A DNA stretch of 64,000 bases. Origin: Lytechinus pictus (taxonomy: Eukaryota). The notes under the pieces are model-generated. The model worked only from the letters and a program-made list of their open reading frames with translations. It did no database searches and was not told the DNA's origin. This document shows positions 37,721-51,500 of this stretch, one piece after another. How positions within the stretch are numbered: position 1 is the stretch's first letter; the number at the start of each line of letters is the position of its first letter. The stretch is taken from contig NC_087251.1 in assembly GCF_037042905.1 (NCBI RefSeq), positions 24,244,001 through 24,308,000 of the forward strand, read 5' to 3'. The translations under genes were made by a program, and so were the position numbers.

Positions 37721-40423
37721 ATTTAAATCATATATCTGAGTCAAACTTTGGAATTGCCCGGAAACATACTCGACAGAACTTGGAGAATAATTTAAAGCTT
37801 TTTCTTGTTATGTTGGGGTAAATTTTAGGTGAGAAAACGCGTTGTTTTAGATGATCTTTTCCATGCTAAGATTCAAGAAGAATCAGATACTTGAGACTTT
37901 TTGCACATCCCCGCAAAGACTGTGCAAGAAGGTGCCACTATAATCCTAACCACTCACCTATACTTAACGACTCTCCTGATGTCATTACTAAATCCTCCTC
38001 GGAAAATCACTGTAATTTATCTTGCTCCCGAATCTTTTCAGAGCTCCTATTCAGGTGACATGATAGTTTGTAAATACAACAAGAACATACAATGAGTGTC
38101 GTGCGTTTACGGCTTTACTTTCTTTCTTTGCGCGCACAGTGCTGTTGTTTACAACGCCTTTGTGACATGAAAAGAGCAGTATTCTTTAGAGGGTAATGCG
38201 AGGAGCTTCACTGTAATGGGTAACAAAATGCTCAAGCTTTCCCACGGTGTGATCTTCAACAGACCACTGGTGCTCATTTTAGAAAATGACAAAAAGCAAA
38301 ATGAGAGAGAGCGAGAGAGAAGATGTAGGATTGTGTGGGTGAATGTGCGTGTGTGTATGTGGGGGGGGGGGATATACTTCGATATAGGCCTATTATTGAC
38401 CAGAACACCACAGGAAAAATGAACATTAATTTTATTTCATGGCATTTAACTCTATAATTTATTTTTCAAATCCTCTTTCATTTCAGCATTAAAAAATAAG
38501 TACAAAGAAAATTAATATGTTTACAGTGTTCATAATTTTGAACCTTACATACTGACGGAATGTTATGTGCGAAGAGGGCATGTCGACGAATCAAAACACA
38601 TTTCGCAGACCTGAAAGAAAATATAGAGAGATTGGAGAGGGAGGGAGGGGGGTTACAGATTCAAAACCACCAAATATGGCCACGTACTATATGCAGGTAC
38701 GTGGTCATAACACAAATAAAAGAAATTATCGAATACGATCATTTCGAATGGCACATAAGTATAGGCCTTGGAGTTGAATAATCGAAGGGGGTCGACAGAG
38801 ATAAAAAGAAGATTGAATTAATGAAACGGGAAATATGCGGGCAAGATGTGGGGGTATTGAAAGGGGGCCCCATTGAAAGACCCTTCTCAGACCGTGAGAC
38901 CGATGGAAAATGAGTTTTGTGGTGCTTTATTCTAAACTGATTTTTTTTTTCAAGTAGATTTATATATCGCGTCGTCATTATGGCAACAAAGATCATATTT
39001 CAATCGTGCTAAAAGATGTGGGTCTTGAAATATTTCAAATTCTCAATTTCTGTTAGGTAGACGATGACCAAAGATAAGCATAATCACTGAAAACAATTAG
39101 GTTTTTGAAAATCCCTAATTTAACAGTCAAACAAAAAGTTACTTGAACAAATCGGAAACACGTTGGAATACTTTTGGCTGATTTTGGTTCATTTCACATT
39201 TGATCGCAAAGTTTTGCACCTAAATCATACATTGTTGTAAAGTTATTAATTCTTACGCAATAAAATATGAATTATATAAATGAAATTGGGGGGTTCGGTA
39301 AACCTGCTCTAGTGGCTTATTTCATTATTTAACTCACCATTATATAACTTTATTGATAACATTAGGGTTATACCTGCGGTGATGTCTTAAGGGCAAATAG
39401 TACCGGACCAATCAAATTTGTTCATTTGAGATTTCACTTTTCAGGGGGGTGGGGTGCATGGCCTGTACAAACACCCCAACTTTTCAAAAAAGAGAAAATG
39501 ATCGATGTTATTGTTAAGTCGAGATAATTCTCCTTTAGGCATGATTGTTAAAATTAATGCACTTATAATGTTTAGATTGGATTCTTTGAACGAAAAATCT
39601 CTAGCTCCAACCCTCCGCTCTTTCCATTAAACTTCCCCAATGATGCATAAATTTTAACATAAATTCTGTCCCCGATGAAGGTCTAATCTTAATATTTTGG
39701 CTGCTCCCATCCTTATGCGAAGTGAGTTGTGGTCTTTTATGTTTGATTAATCATTTTCTATAGGCATCTTTATATTTTCTGATAAGATTCTATTTATACA
39801 GGTGTTTTATTGTCTTGGTTTATTCCAGCAAGTCAAAAAATAAAACCGACATGAAGGCCGGAGATGGATGCACCCACCTCCCACACGCACATTCACCCAC
39901 CCTCTGCCACATCTACGCGTACACATTCAATGTTGTCTTCACTGTGGCCCATATCGGTTTCATCAATGGTCATCGTGACCAAGATGAAAGGAAGATGATA
40001 ATTGGCCATATGGTATGAAAGATCAATCAACATCAACATCCAGACCAAGCCGACCATCTGTGGTCTAAAGTAGAAGGGGTCCAACTTCAATCTTCCCTGG
40101 TCTACAAGCAAGGGCATACCTCTGTCTCCTTGATCTACAGATCTAAGGTAGATTATTGTATGCGAAGGCGAGTTGAAGGTTGATTGATTGTGTAAATTAT
40201 TTCTATTCCAAGAAGACCAGGTTCATAATTATGAAGGTCCATCGGAAAAAAGTTTTACCTTAGCTTCGATGATAAGCCGGTCAACGAGGAGCTCTCACTT
40301 CTAATCTGATGGGTCAACTCAAGAACGAGTTGTTGATTTGTTGTTGTTGTTGTGGAGGTGACAGCGATACACTTACTATCCAAGAGTTCCCGTTGCCATG
40401 ATTGCGTAAAAATTACTAATTAA

Positions 40424-40918
40424 AGGAAAAGTCCACCCCAACAAAAAGTTGATTTGAATAAAAAGAGAAAAATCCAACAAGCATAACACTGAAAATTTCA
40501 TCAAAATTGGATGTAAAATTAGAAAGTTATGACATTTTAAAGTTTTGCTTAATTTCACAAAACAGTTATAATATGCACATCCTGGCTGGTATGCAAATGA
40601 GGAGACTATGACGTCATCCACTCTCTATTTCTTTTGTATTTTACTATATGAAATATGAAATATTCTAATTTTCTCCTCATTGTCAAGTGATGCAATGATT
40701 AATTCCTCCCTGAACATGTGGAGTTAAGTTTGATACCATATGGTTCAGTCAAGTTGGTCCTTATTGTCAAATCTATAAAAAATGAAATATTGTATAATTC
40801 AAACAATAAAAACAAAAGAAATAGTGAGTGATGGACATCATCGACTGACTCACCTAGTTGTGCATATCACAATTATCTGTTTATTCAAGTCAGCATTTTC
40901 CTGGGGTGGACTTGACCT
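40424..40918. mobile_element. TTAA-type MITE (Kolobok-like)
   Basis: TTAA|AGGAAAAGTCCACCCCA ... TGGGGTGGACTTGACCT|CTAA, 15/17 TIR match. Confidence 0.78.
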
Positions 40919-43900
40919 CTAATTAACTCTGCCACCCCATTGTAACTTTTCACAAAAATCCCTGGTTTTAATCGGCTATTGGGCATTGTTACCATGGTAG
41001 TTACCAATGGATGGCAAAATTATCTAACAGCAACTTTTATGGTATCACGCAGATTTTTGTAAAAATCTTTATTCCAATTACTGAAATACTTAAAAAAAAT
41101 CTTCAAATATACTGCTTTCTGAAGTAATTGGCGCAACGATTGTTTTCTTCTATTGAAAAATATGCACTTCATTCTAAAACAATTCAATTTTTAATGAAAC
41201 ATGTATCAGAATGTATTATTCGAACAGATATGGAATGATATTATTGTAGAGAGCAGTTGTAGAACTAATGTAGTTAACATTCAGGTGTTTATCTTTTCAA
41301 AATATTGTGTATGCATGTTGAAGCATTGTTTATTATGTTTATTTATTTTTATTACATCATACGATGTGAATCACTTTGATTTTGACGCTGTTTCCAAACC
41401 CGGCCATCGGTCCTTTGCTCCTAATACATCACCTAAATCATAACTTGGCCTATGATGATGGGGATATGATATTCTCAAGCAGGATTTAACCAGGCTTAGG
41501 CAGGATACCTAGCATGCAGTCTCTGTCTCTCAGCGCTTTGTGATTATGATATGTGGATTAAAAAAGCTCAGGACTATGGAACGGAGACAAGCGACACCAT
41601 CAGAAATATCTAGAGCGAGCAGACCTAGGGGTCAAGTCCACACAAACTGTCACTGAAAGATATAGGTCTTTGTAGCTTATATTCCAACTGAACCAATACG
41701 CCATATTTTCCTAATCGCATAGTTTTCTCTCATCATTCTGAAGGCCCTAAAAACATATTAGGATTATTATAACATTACAGGATGATGATATCAATGATTC
41801 ACATCATTTGTATTGTGTGGTAAGTTATGGAGGGAAGTCGTGCAGCAAGTTGCTAGAAAAATGGGATTTAACTGCAACTGTATTGGTCAAGATTGACCAA
41901 GGCAGACATCATAATGGAACACAATTTCCAGTAAAAATGAAAATTTCAGCTGTAATTCATTGATACTATACGAGTCGGTTATAGAGCATGTTATATTTTG
42001 GTATACATAATCTGGTCACTTTATACTCGACTTGTAACAGTGTTTTATGTCTTCGCGAGTTACTTGATGTGATGAGGTTTGGTTTTTATTATAAAGTAAA
42101 ATTTCAACAAGGGGTCTATGATAAACCACTGGTATATACCAGACTGAAAACATTATGACTTAAACAGTAAGAATAAAGTAATGCAACATAACACTTGATT
42201 TTTATTTACTTTGGATGAAGAGTAACGAAGTTATGACATTTTAAGTGTCGCATTGACTACTGATTAATGTGTAAGATCATCAATTTTATAACTTTTTTTT
42301 TACAACTTGTGCAAAGAAAGATTCTTTTAGACACAGTCATGTTTCACGAAATATGATGACTAGGATTTCATGATAATAATAGTTTAAATAGGGAAATGGG
42401 GACGTCGTGGAAACACCGTTCTCATGATTTACATTCCCCCAAACAGTGTAGGCCTGCATACTGATGGTAATCATGTCAAATTATTTTCCCATGCATGTCA
42501 AACCTATATTCAGATAGATGACAGCATCATATAAAGATTTAGGAATCTGTTAACCGAGTATTGGTTGCCCCAGGGAAACAATCGATTGTAACAATCAAGA
42601 TCAATATCATGTTTTAGTTATTTCATCTTATTCATATTCAAAATGTTTGAAAATGTATTTTTAGTCAAAACAGACCAATCGATACCAGTATACTTAGTTT
42701 AAAATCGCATACTTCAATAGTGATTCGTCGTGTATGGATAGAGTAAAATGTACTGAAAAACAGAATGTTAGAAGTTTCCCCAAGAAGTATATGAAGACAG
42801 AGACGTATCTTTATACTCGTACATTATCTGGAAATTAAAAGTTCGAAGGGTTATGAACGCTGTAATATTGGTAGAATTTATGTACACACATTCACAGTAC
42901 AGCAATATTAAACACCACGATTGCTTACTTTATCAGCTGAAATTTGAAATTATCAGACCTGAAACTAGACTTACCATAATTTCAGTCAAAACCAGGAAAT
43001 GCATTACCGAAAAATAATTGAAAAAAAAAAAAAAAAACATCGTAGGTTCTTCAAAGGACAAAATCATACTATGTATATACAACTAATTTTATCGTTTTTA
43101 CTCTGAGATCTGAAAAATTTGTATCATTTAAAATAAATTACTTTGATCAATGGTATCACGTGACGTTTACCTTCTCTTGCCCAAAATGAATTGCTCGCGG
43201 ATGAATTCCTTTTCATGCTCGTGTGTGTATGACCTTAAGATTTACATTATATTACGACAAGAACCTGCGCTCTATCCAGTATCTTATTTGCTTTATTTCA
43301 GGATTTTTGCCTTGGTTTTGTAATAACAAATCGATTTCATCACGAGTATACCGGATTTGTGATTTCCAGGGAAGTCTATATTTCATGACCCTGGATGTAG
43401 CATTTTACGTCATAAACGTTCAGAATGTGCCGAGATAGAACCCTTATACCATGGACCTACTAGCATCCATGCTTATACCAAGGAGACAAAATAGCGCAAT
43501 GATTTCACATGAGATAATTATTCTCACAGAGTGTGAGAAACGGTGAATGAAATAGAAAATATGGCAATACTCTGCAATAAGGAGTTTCATTTCATTTTAT
43601 ATAGGATTAAGTGATTACAATCTATCATAAAAAATACACCCATAGTTACCGAAAAGCATAAATTCGGTCTAATTTAGGACCGTGAGAGTTTCTCTTCCTA
43701 TGCTTACAACTGGTTGTTGATGACTCCTTTGTTTATACCATGGAAAGCGTGATCATTGAGTGGCCTTCCCTACTTATCGATTCAAAGAGAAAATTTTCAT
43801 GGGAAAGCAGTGATTGATTGGAAAGGTTTTGTCCTTCGATCAACCCTTAGGACGTGTCAAATCTTTGGGATCCCACGCACACACCAACAACGCAAGGTGT

Positions 43901-46900
43901 CGTGTGGCACACCAGCTGGTGAAAATGCTATACCGGGGTCAACATAAAAACCCATACAAGTTCAATCCCAGGGGTACAGGGATGCATTAGGAGTTAGAAC
44001 TGGGCCTGGGCCTACATTCTTTAATTTCGGTCCCGTGTCTATAGAGGCTTAACAGTCCTCGTTAACCTCATTTTATTATGTATCCATCATGTCAATGTTT
44101 AATATTATAGTACATAGGACATAGGACCTTTTCTCTGCCTGTTGCCATAATGAATCAGCTATTTTTCAGCACTTCTACTATAACCTTACAAATTATGTTG
44201 ACAGAAAAACAAGACCGAAGAACTTGTATGATTTCAAGGAGAATTATAATGAATGAACACTATGCACGATAGACCTATGGCATTGTAAAGAGTCTGGATA
44301 CCAATAATTTTGTTTCTATGAGAAAGTTGTGAACGGAAGATAGACAAGCTACAGAATGACAAATAGAGCTAAACCGAAACTACTTTCAAAAATTTACCCG
44401 AAGATTGGGAAAAGTGGGTACATGCATGTCGTATGTGGCGTAAATTTTACACAACGCCAGCAATGTTGTATTAATTTTTAATTTTTTGAATCATACTTTT
44501 AATCTACTATTGACCCAACAAACGTGCATGGAATATTCCCTTTTTATCCAACATCGCGGATAATACTTTTCTCAACCGTCATAATCTGCAAGAGAGGATC
44601 TCAAACACACCAATCGTACTGTTGTAAGTTTAAGGTCTGCGATCCAGACCGGCGTTTATAACTTACCCGTAAACACGTTTATTCAAACCCATTTAAATTG
44701 CTAATTTCTGCCCTCTATAAAATTCGAGCATTAAGCATAAACATACCCTAACAAACCTACGTCATGAACTCCGACCCAACGAAAGCCTCTCTTCATTAAT
44801 ACTTGGTGTGGACGACTCGATTCGACAGCTCTTTAACGCATTGTCACTTTCCACCAAAATCATGTCCTTGTACTTAGGTTGACCAGATACACTTGGCTAT
44901 GACTCTCGCCTTATAATTGATTTTTATATACAACTCTTCACCGCTGTTCCATGGATCACAGGAGCTATGCCCTTGTAATATACGTAGTCAGTTGTGGACC
45001 GGTGAATGGCGGATAGATGATGTTTAGCCTCTGCGTTTATAATAGTAAGCCTATATCATACATGCCACGGTATTGTTTTATTATACAATGCTCACGTATT
45101 TTTTAACAGGTATATTTCTCTATTATTATGGGAAAATACATATAGATCAGATCACAGAGAGCATAAAATAAAATGTACATTCAGTGTAATAACCAGGCGG
45201 GTGATTTTGCTATCTTCATTAGACGTAACGTATATAGTCGGAGGTGATGTTTTATACATAAATATTTCCACTCAGCATTCCCACAATGAGAATTTGACTT
45301 AAGTCATCGGGTAACAATCTTTTATCACTACAAAGTTCACTTCGATTCTTAGAAAGGGTATAAACATGAGACTTAAAGTTTACAACTGTTAATTTGGCCA
45401 TGAAAGTCTATGAGAAGTATTTCAAATAGTGGAAATTAGCAGTCGGATAAGCCAAAAAAAAAAGGTTGAAATCATTGCTCGATAAAAATGAAAGAGTATA
45501 TCAGCTTTCTGATATAATGCAAATCACTAAAATTGTTTTAAAAACAGAGTTGCATTTACTCACACACACACACAAAAAAATCTTCATTACCGAGAAGGGG
45601 TTCTTAATCTGATAAATTGGAACAAAGAAATTTCACAAGAACCAGTAAACTGGTGAATGAAAAAAAAAAAGATATCGGTCATTCTACATTTAAAAGATTG
45701 TACATGACTTGTGAGAATCACATTTCAATATAGCTCACATTATTAAATCTTTACCAAAGCTATTGACAGGCTATAAGTTCAAGATTTCTTTTTTTCAGGT
45801 CACATGATTGTCCAGATTTAGAATTTTCTTTAATTTTGCATGTCTTTCTGTGGCTGTTCTCTTTTAGATTACTTTCCAACATTTTTTATAAGTTCAAGAT
45901 ATTATTATGCAAAATAGGGTTCCTTCCACACATGCTGACCCTTTTTTAAAATAAAATTCAAGCTTATATGCATATTCATATGTTTTCACTATATAATTTT
46001 GGAGCGATCATTGAGATAGTCATACCTGGAGAAGATAAAGTTCATTTATGAAATGACTATTCTATGACTGGGAATCGATAATCAGACTAATTTTGAAATG
46101 TCAAAATAATTGAAAATGACAGGACAGTACCATAGAAGTCTAGACAGTTGAACAATCAGTGAATTAGAGATGATGACACCTAGATTAAAGAAGGTCTTAC
46201 AAGGTGTCTCAAGAAAAGTGGTGGGGAATTCAAGGACGTGTTGCTCTTACTAAATTTATATTTTTCATTCATCACATCATTCTGTAACGTAGGCCCATGT
46301 TACTGTAAAAATATCATGCAGTGTTAAGTGCTTATCTATAGGAGTTTGCAAGAAGACATTAATTATTAGCAGAAAGAACAAAAAATAATATATCAACATC
46401 AGACATGTTCTAGACATAAATAACTACAATTTAACTACATTATAACAGTCGAGTCTTTTCACTTGGGAATTTATATAATTTATTTCTGAAAAGCTCGTTA
46501 TTGAATGCATGATTCCTAGAATTCAATGAGGTATGAATTCTCTCATTTTCAACACCCATGCCATTGTTTTATAATTTCTACCGACCCTATATACAGAAGG
46601 GGCAATGCATCGCCGGGTTCAGGACCTGGACGAAACGAAACGAACCGAAGAAAGTGAGGAAATGATCGGTATCCTACCTCCATAACCCCGGTCACAGAGA
46701 ACAAAACAATAGTCCTTCAAGACTTAATCGAATCAAGAATATTACTGAATATATGGGCAGATAAATTATCTTATTTTCCTAACGAGAGGATTACATTTAA
46801 AACACAAAGGTTAGTGACTAGGTGTCGATGATTTGAGAAAAGCACGTGTGTCGTTTGAGAAATCATTGAGAGTTGAGTGAGGTGTGAGTCCCGCATAAGC

Positions 46901-47141
46901 AGGGACTTCGGGAAACTTTTTACGATTTTTAAAATCATAATTGTGCAATGTTTGATTTTCTGATATTTTAAGTAAACTAGAAATTTCGAAATGATTTTTG
47001 CATTATTGGATAGTCTATGCTGTACTCTTTCATATTTGAAATTAAAACTAGAATAATAATCCTAAATATTACCTTAAAATACTTATCCGATCCATGGTAG
47101 TCAGTTTAAGTTGTATATAGGCCTTCTTTTGATAATAGTTT

Positions 47142-47173
<32 letters not shown>

Positions 47174-47989
47174 CACATATACATTTTTTATTGTTTAACA
47201 ATATATATATATATTACACTGGGAGGACATCAATGCGAGTAATTTCATTTAAAGAATCCCGCTAAAGGAAACAACTCTCCTTCATTTGTCGACAGACTTG
47301 ACCGAACCCGCTTCGATTGTTCAAACAAGAGAATTGGGAGAAAGGGGCGTATGTTTGGCCATCACATTAATCATGTTAATCTTAGCTTCATGTTCAATCC
47401 GATTTACAATGCTTATCCAGTCCCATCTTCATCTAACATCAGCATGATAAGGATATTGTTATTAACGTGCAAGACGGAACACCTAGTGCATTTGAACACG
47501 TTGATTAAAAGGTAAAGACCTAAAACTATATAGGCCTAGTTTCCATTAGTTAGTGAATATAAAGAAAAAGAAACATATGAATATAATTATATATTTATAT
47601 ATTCCCTTTAATTCTTTTGATAATCGTAATCCTTAAAGATGGTAATGAGATGAGCCATGCAAACATGGGCCTATACAGTCAAAGAAGCGAAAACGGTTGT
47701 TTGTCTATGAACAGGGTTATCCACAGTCCCGACAGGTAAACTATCCCATTTTAATCTCAAATATACTGATGAAATAAAAGTGAACAAGATACATCGACGA
47801 AACAGACCTCCATAAAGTTTGTATACTATCATCGATTATAAAAAAAAAGGCAATTTCCAAACACATTTGTTGGTTAACAACTGAGGTGATGGTACGACTT
47901 CTTGCTCGAGTATAATTGGTTCGCGTGCCATTCATTAAGGACCACGTCTGGTGTGAGTTAGACCAATTTAAAAAGAAATTACTCGTATA

Positions 47990-48538
47990 CCCTTTTTACA
48001 CAGGATTTTCTTAACCCCGGACTATCGCTAACCCCGTACTATCCTTAACCCCGTACTATTTTTTTTCCTTTTCACACATGCCAAATTGTTATGGCTAACC
48101 CCGGATAAGGAATGCTTGCTTTTCACACACGAAACTCGCTAACCCCGGACTAGTGGTTTTTGTCGATCATTCGTAGTACAAGTACTTCACTCGTACCTTT
48201 TTACACACGCTAAAATTTCCTTAACCCCGTACTATAGGTGGGGCTAAATTGCCATTTAGCCCCACCTATAGTACGGGGTTAAGCTTAGCCCACTTTCGTT
48301 TTACACTAGCGATCTTAACCCCGTACTATCGCTCTTAGCACCGCAATTGCTGGGATAACCCTGCTTTTTTGCAGGGCCAAATAATCCCGTACTAAAGGTG
48401 GGGTTAGCCCACTTTGCAAAAATGCTGTGTAAAAAGAAAGTGGGCTAAGCTTAACCCCGTACTATAGGTGGGGCTAAATGGCAATTTAGCCCCACCTATA
48501 GTACGGGGTTAAGGAAATTTTAGCGTGTGTAAAAAGGG
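47990..48538. mobile_element. TA-flanked foldback/MITE with nested palindromes
   Basis: TA|CCCTTTTTACACA ... TGTGTAAAAAGGG|TA (13-bp perfect TIR); ~115-bp inverted arms 48196-48310/48425-48538; repeated AACCCCG(T/G)ACTA motif. Confidence 0.88.
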
Positions 48539-51500
48539 TAGTAGAGTATTGGTGAAGGGTGGGGAAGATCATGGTTAGACCATATCAGCATACATATTTT
48601 ATTTGCCATCAATGGGATACCCAACTTGACCCTATCCAATGTTTACTGTCGAATGTAACTTTATCGAGTACGATGATCCATAGAGGATCCATGAAGGATG
48701 GAAATGATGCCATTTCATGTTGATGGGTTATCGAAATTATTCATAAACATGATAAAGGAAAGTGATTTTTATCCTTTCCCTTCACACATTCAGAGAGACG
48801 AATGATTATAACGGAATTAAAGCTCAGCCGGGACTGTTAATTATTCGCCTCTCTAAAGTTTGTACGTCGCCGTGGTAATGGAAATGTGTAGACAATGATC
48901 CATGGTCAATACCAAATTGTATTGATTTGAAGCATTTCTCTGAAACGAATGGTACACACCTTGTGAAGGAAGTCCTTGGTGTCGTTCAACTCATTCCATT
49001 GCCAACACATAGCAGGAAGGAATGAAATCCTCCTTGATAGTATAGTGATGCCATCCCATTCTTGTCGTTCAGAGTTTCTTTTCCTCCATGAGGATAAAGA
49101 ATACAACATGAGAGCGTGAAGATGTACAAAGATGATTATCAACGTGCACTTAGTGGAACGAGATTTCGGAAAGAGGACACCAAGATCTAGTAACGCTTCT
49201 GCTTTGATTGGAGCGGAGGGCGGAGTTTAGCCACCTTTGTGTTTCATCATGATCAAGTTAAAAACATTGGTTTCAAGAACTTGTTCCGCATCTGAAGATC
49301 TTGATCTTCATCAGGGGTTTAGTTCTGATTATGTTTTTAAGTATGCTTCGAAAGTGGAACAAGTTAAACATTAGTTATGAGACATAGTGAACAAAGGGAA
49401 AGGGGAGGACGTTTATTCTGATGAGGGCATTAAGTTACTTTATTGCTCGCACGTACATCACATCCACTTCAGCATTAATGTTCATCCATTGTATGTTGAA
49501 AAAGCGATAAGAGAAGGTCATGTCTTACCCCATCAAAATACTAGGAAGTCACGTGATGCATTGATAAACAAGACAGCTATCCAAATCATTTCATGGGTTC
49601 AAACGACGTGCAATCACGTGTTAATGAAGCATCAACAAAGTGATACCAACCACAGAAATTATGGCTCCATGTCGCGCCAACGGTGAACACCCATTTTAAT
49701 TATTCAATGAATCTCTGATGGGAGTTCGTCATTACCAATGGCGTTGAGCCGGTGAATTCAATTTTGCCGAGGCATTATCAAGCCCAAGATACATTCAACA
49801 TATTCATGCACCCTCATTTCTAAATATAGAGATGTTAATGTTTAAGATGTTACTTTCTTATAATGATTTCCGTTCATTATTATTGGTAAACGAGTGATCT
49901 ATTATCGATCAGTATACCGTATTACGGCTGATTATCGTCTGAACTGCTCTCAACAACGCTTTAGACGATAACATTAACCCACCATTATTTCAAAGCAAGG
50001 AAATTTCTTATTAAGGTTTGTGAATGCTAATCTTGACTTCAACTCGTAATTATTTCTTTAGTAATCATGGTAATGACCTTTTTCATTTGACTCTCCGTAA
50101 AATAATCGTACAATTGGTTGGAAATTTGAGGGCAGGAAACGGCCGATGACCTGTGAATATAGGCGACGAAAGGAACAATCAGAATCAATGTTCTTACCAC
50201 ATGGTTTGTACACAGGCGACCTGACAATGACCGAATGAGTGAGTTCCGATTGACAAATGTATCTTTTCAGACTGTAATTATAGCACCATTCATCCATTGA
50301 AAAACAATGTAATTCATTTCCCCTCATAATTCATATATACATATAATATTCATCGTAATGAATGGGCGTGTGCTCAGTAAACAGAACTTTTGAAAAGTGC
50401 ATAATTATCTTCTTTTAGACGGATGGCAACTCTCTTTGTACTGCAACGATCCAATTGTATCGTAAGAGCATCCTATCAGAAAAAACATAAACCGCCTAGT
50501 ACTTAAAATGTAAAATCATGCTGACGAAATGTCAAGAAACCTGATTATTTATTATCTGAACTATAAACACTTTAACACATTAAATTCATTTAGGTTGATG
50601 AGGTTAGGGTAAATACGCAGAATGCTTACATCCACTTTTCTATACCATCTAACTTTATTCGTTTATCCAAACAATTTCTCTTTACGCATTGCGCCAGTGT
50701 TTGGTTGAGAACTTGGCTATTGTTATCCTCGTTGCTCCATCTCACTCTTCTTCTCTGGAGATTTTGTTTTGAAATCGGAGATGTGTGATCCCAAATTGAA
50801 ATGATAAAAATTAGGAAACTGATAATAGCCATTATGCATAATAGATCTGCATGGAGAATGGATCGAAGATTCAATTACAGCCAGCCAACTCTGTGACGTC
50901 GAGCCTGTAAGCTGCTATCGATCATTTTAAAGTCACATGATCTAGTTCACCTTGACATCGGTAGCATTTAGTCTAGCCGTCATCTCGTGTTAACCTCAAG
51001 ACAACGATCGTTTGCAGACGACCTTTAATTACAATAATCTTTTGTGCTCATGTATTCATCGACATGTACAAATCGAATAATGAGCTTTCCTCTCACAAGA
51101 GGCATAATTATGAAACATTATCTACAGTGGGCCAAAATTATATGCGATAAACTGCTATACAAAACAGCAAATAGGGCAAAAACACGAAGTTTTGCCTAAC
51201 GTTTATGACTGAAATTTGTTATATTGTGCTTGACATGATTCCCGCCAAAACCAACGGGCGCCAAAGAGAACGAATCTGATGATGCAGCTGCAGTGCTTCA
51301 CATGTCAGACATGACTGTATCTCTCTCGTAACCATCGGCCATGGTGGGATGATCAGAAACAATGCAGTCATTCGTCCATCTAGGAAATTGAGAGATTTTT
51401 TTTTACTGACAACACGCATTAATGCAACCGATGCACAACGAGTCACAAAAGACATCCTTCAGTTCCCCTCTCGCGTGCTGTCTTTTATCGACAGCCATTT

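Noticed and set aside
39815..40370. Coding-like composition with short ORFs on both strands
   Set aside because: No recognisable protein motif or consistent splice structure.
47990..48538. CRISPR-like repeated motif
   Set aside because: Eukaryotic context, repeats in both orientations without unique regular spacers, no cas genes; TIRs and TA flanks indicate a DNA transposon derivative.
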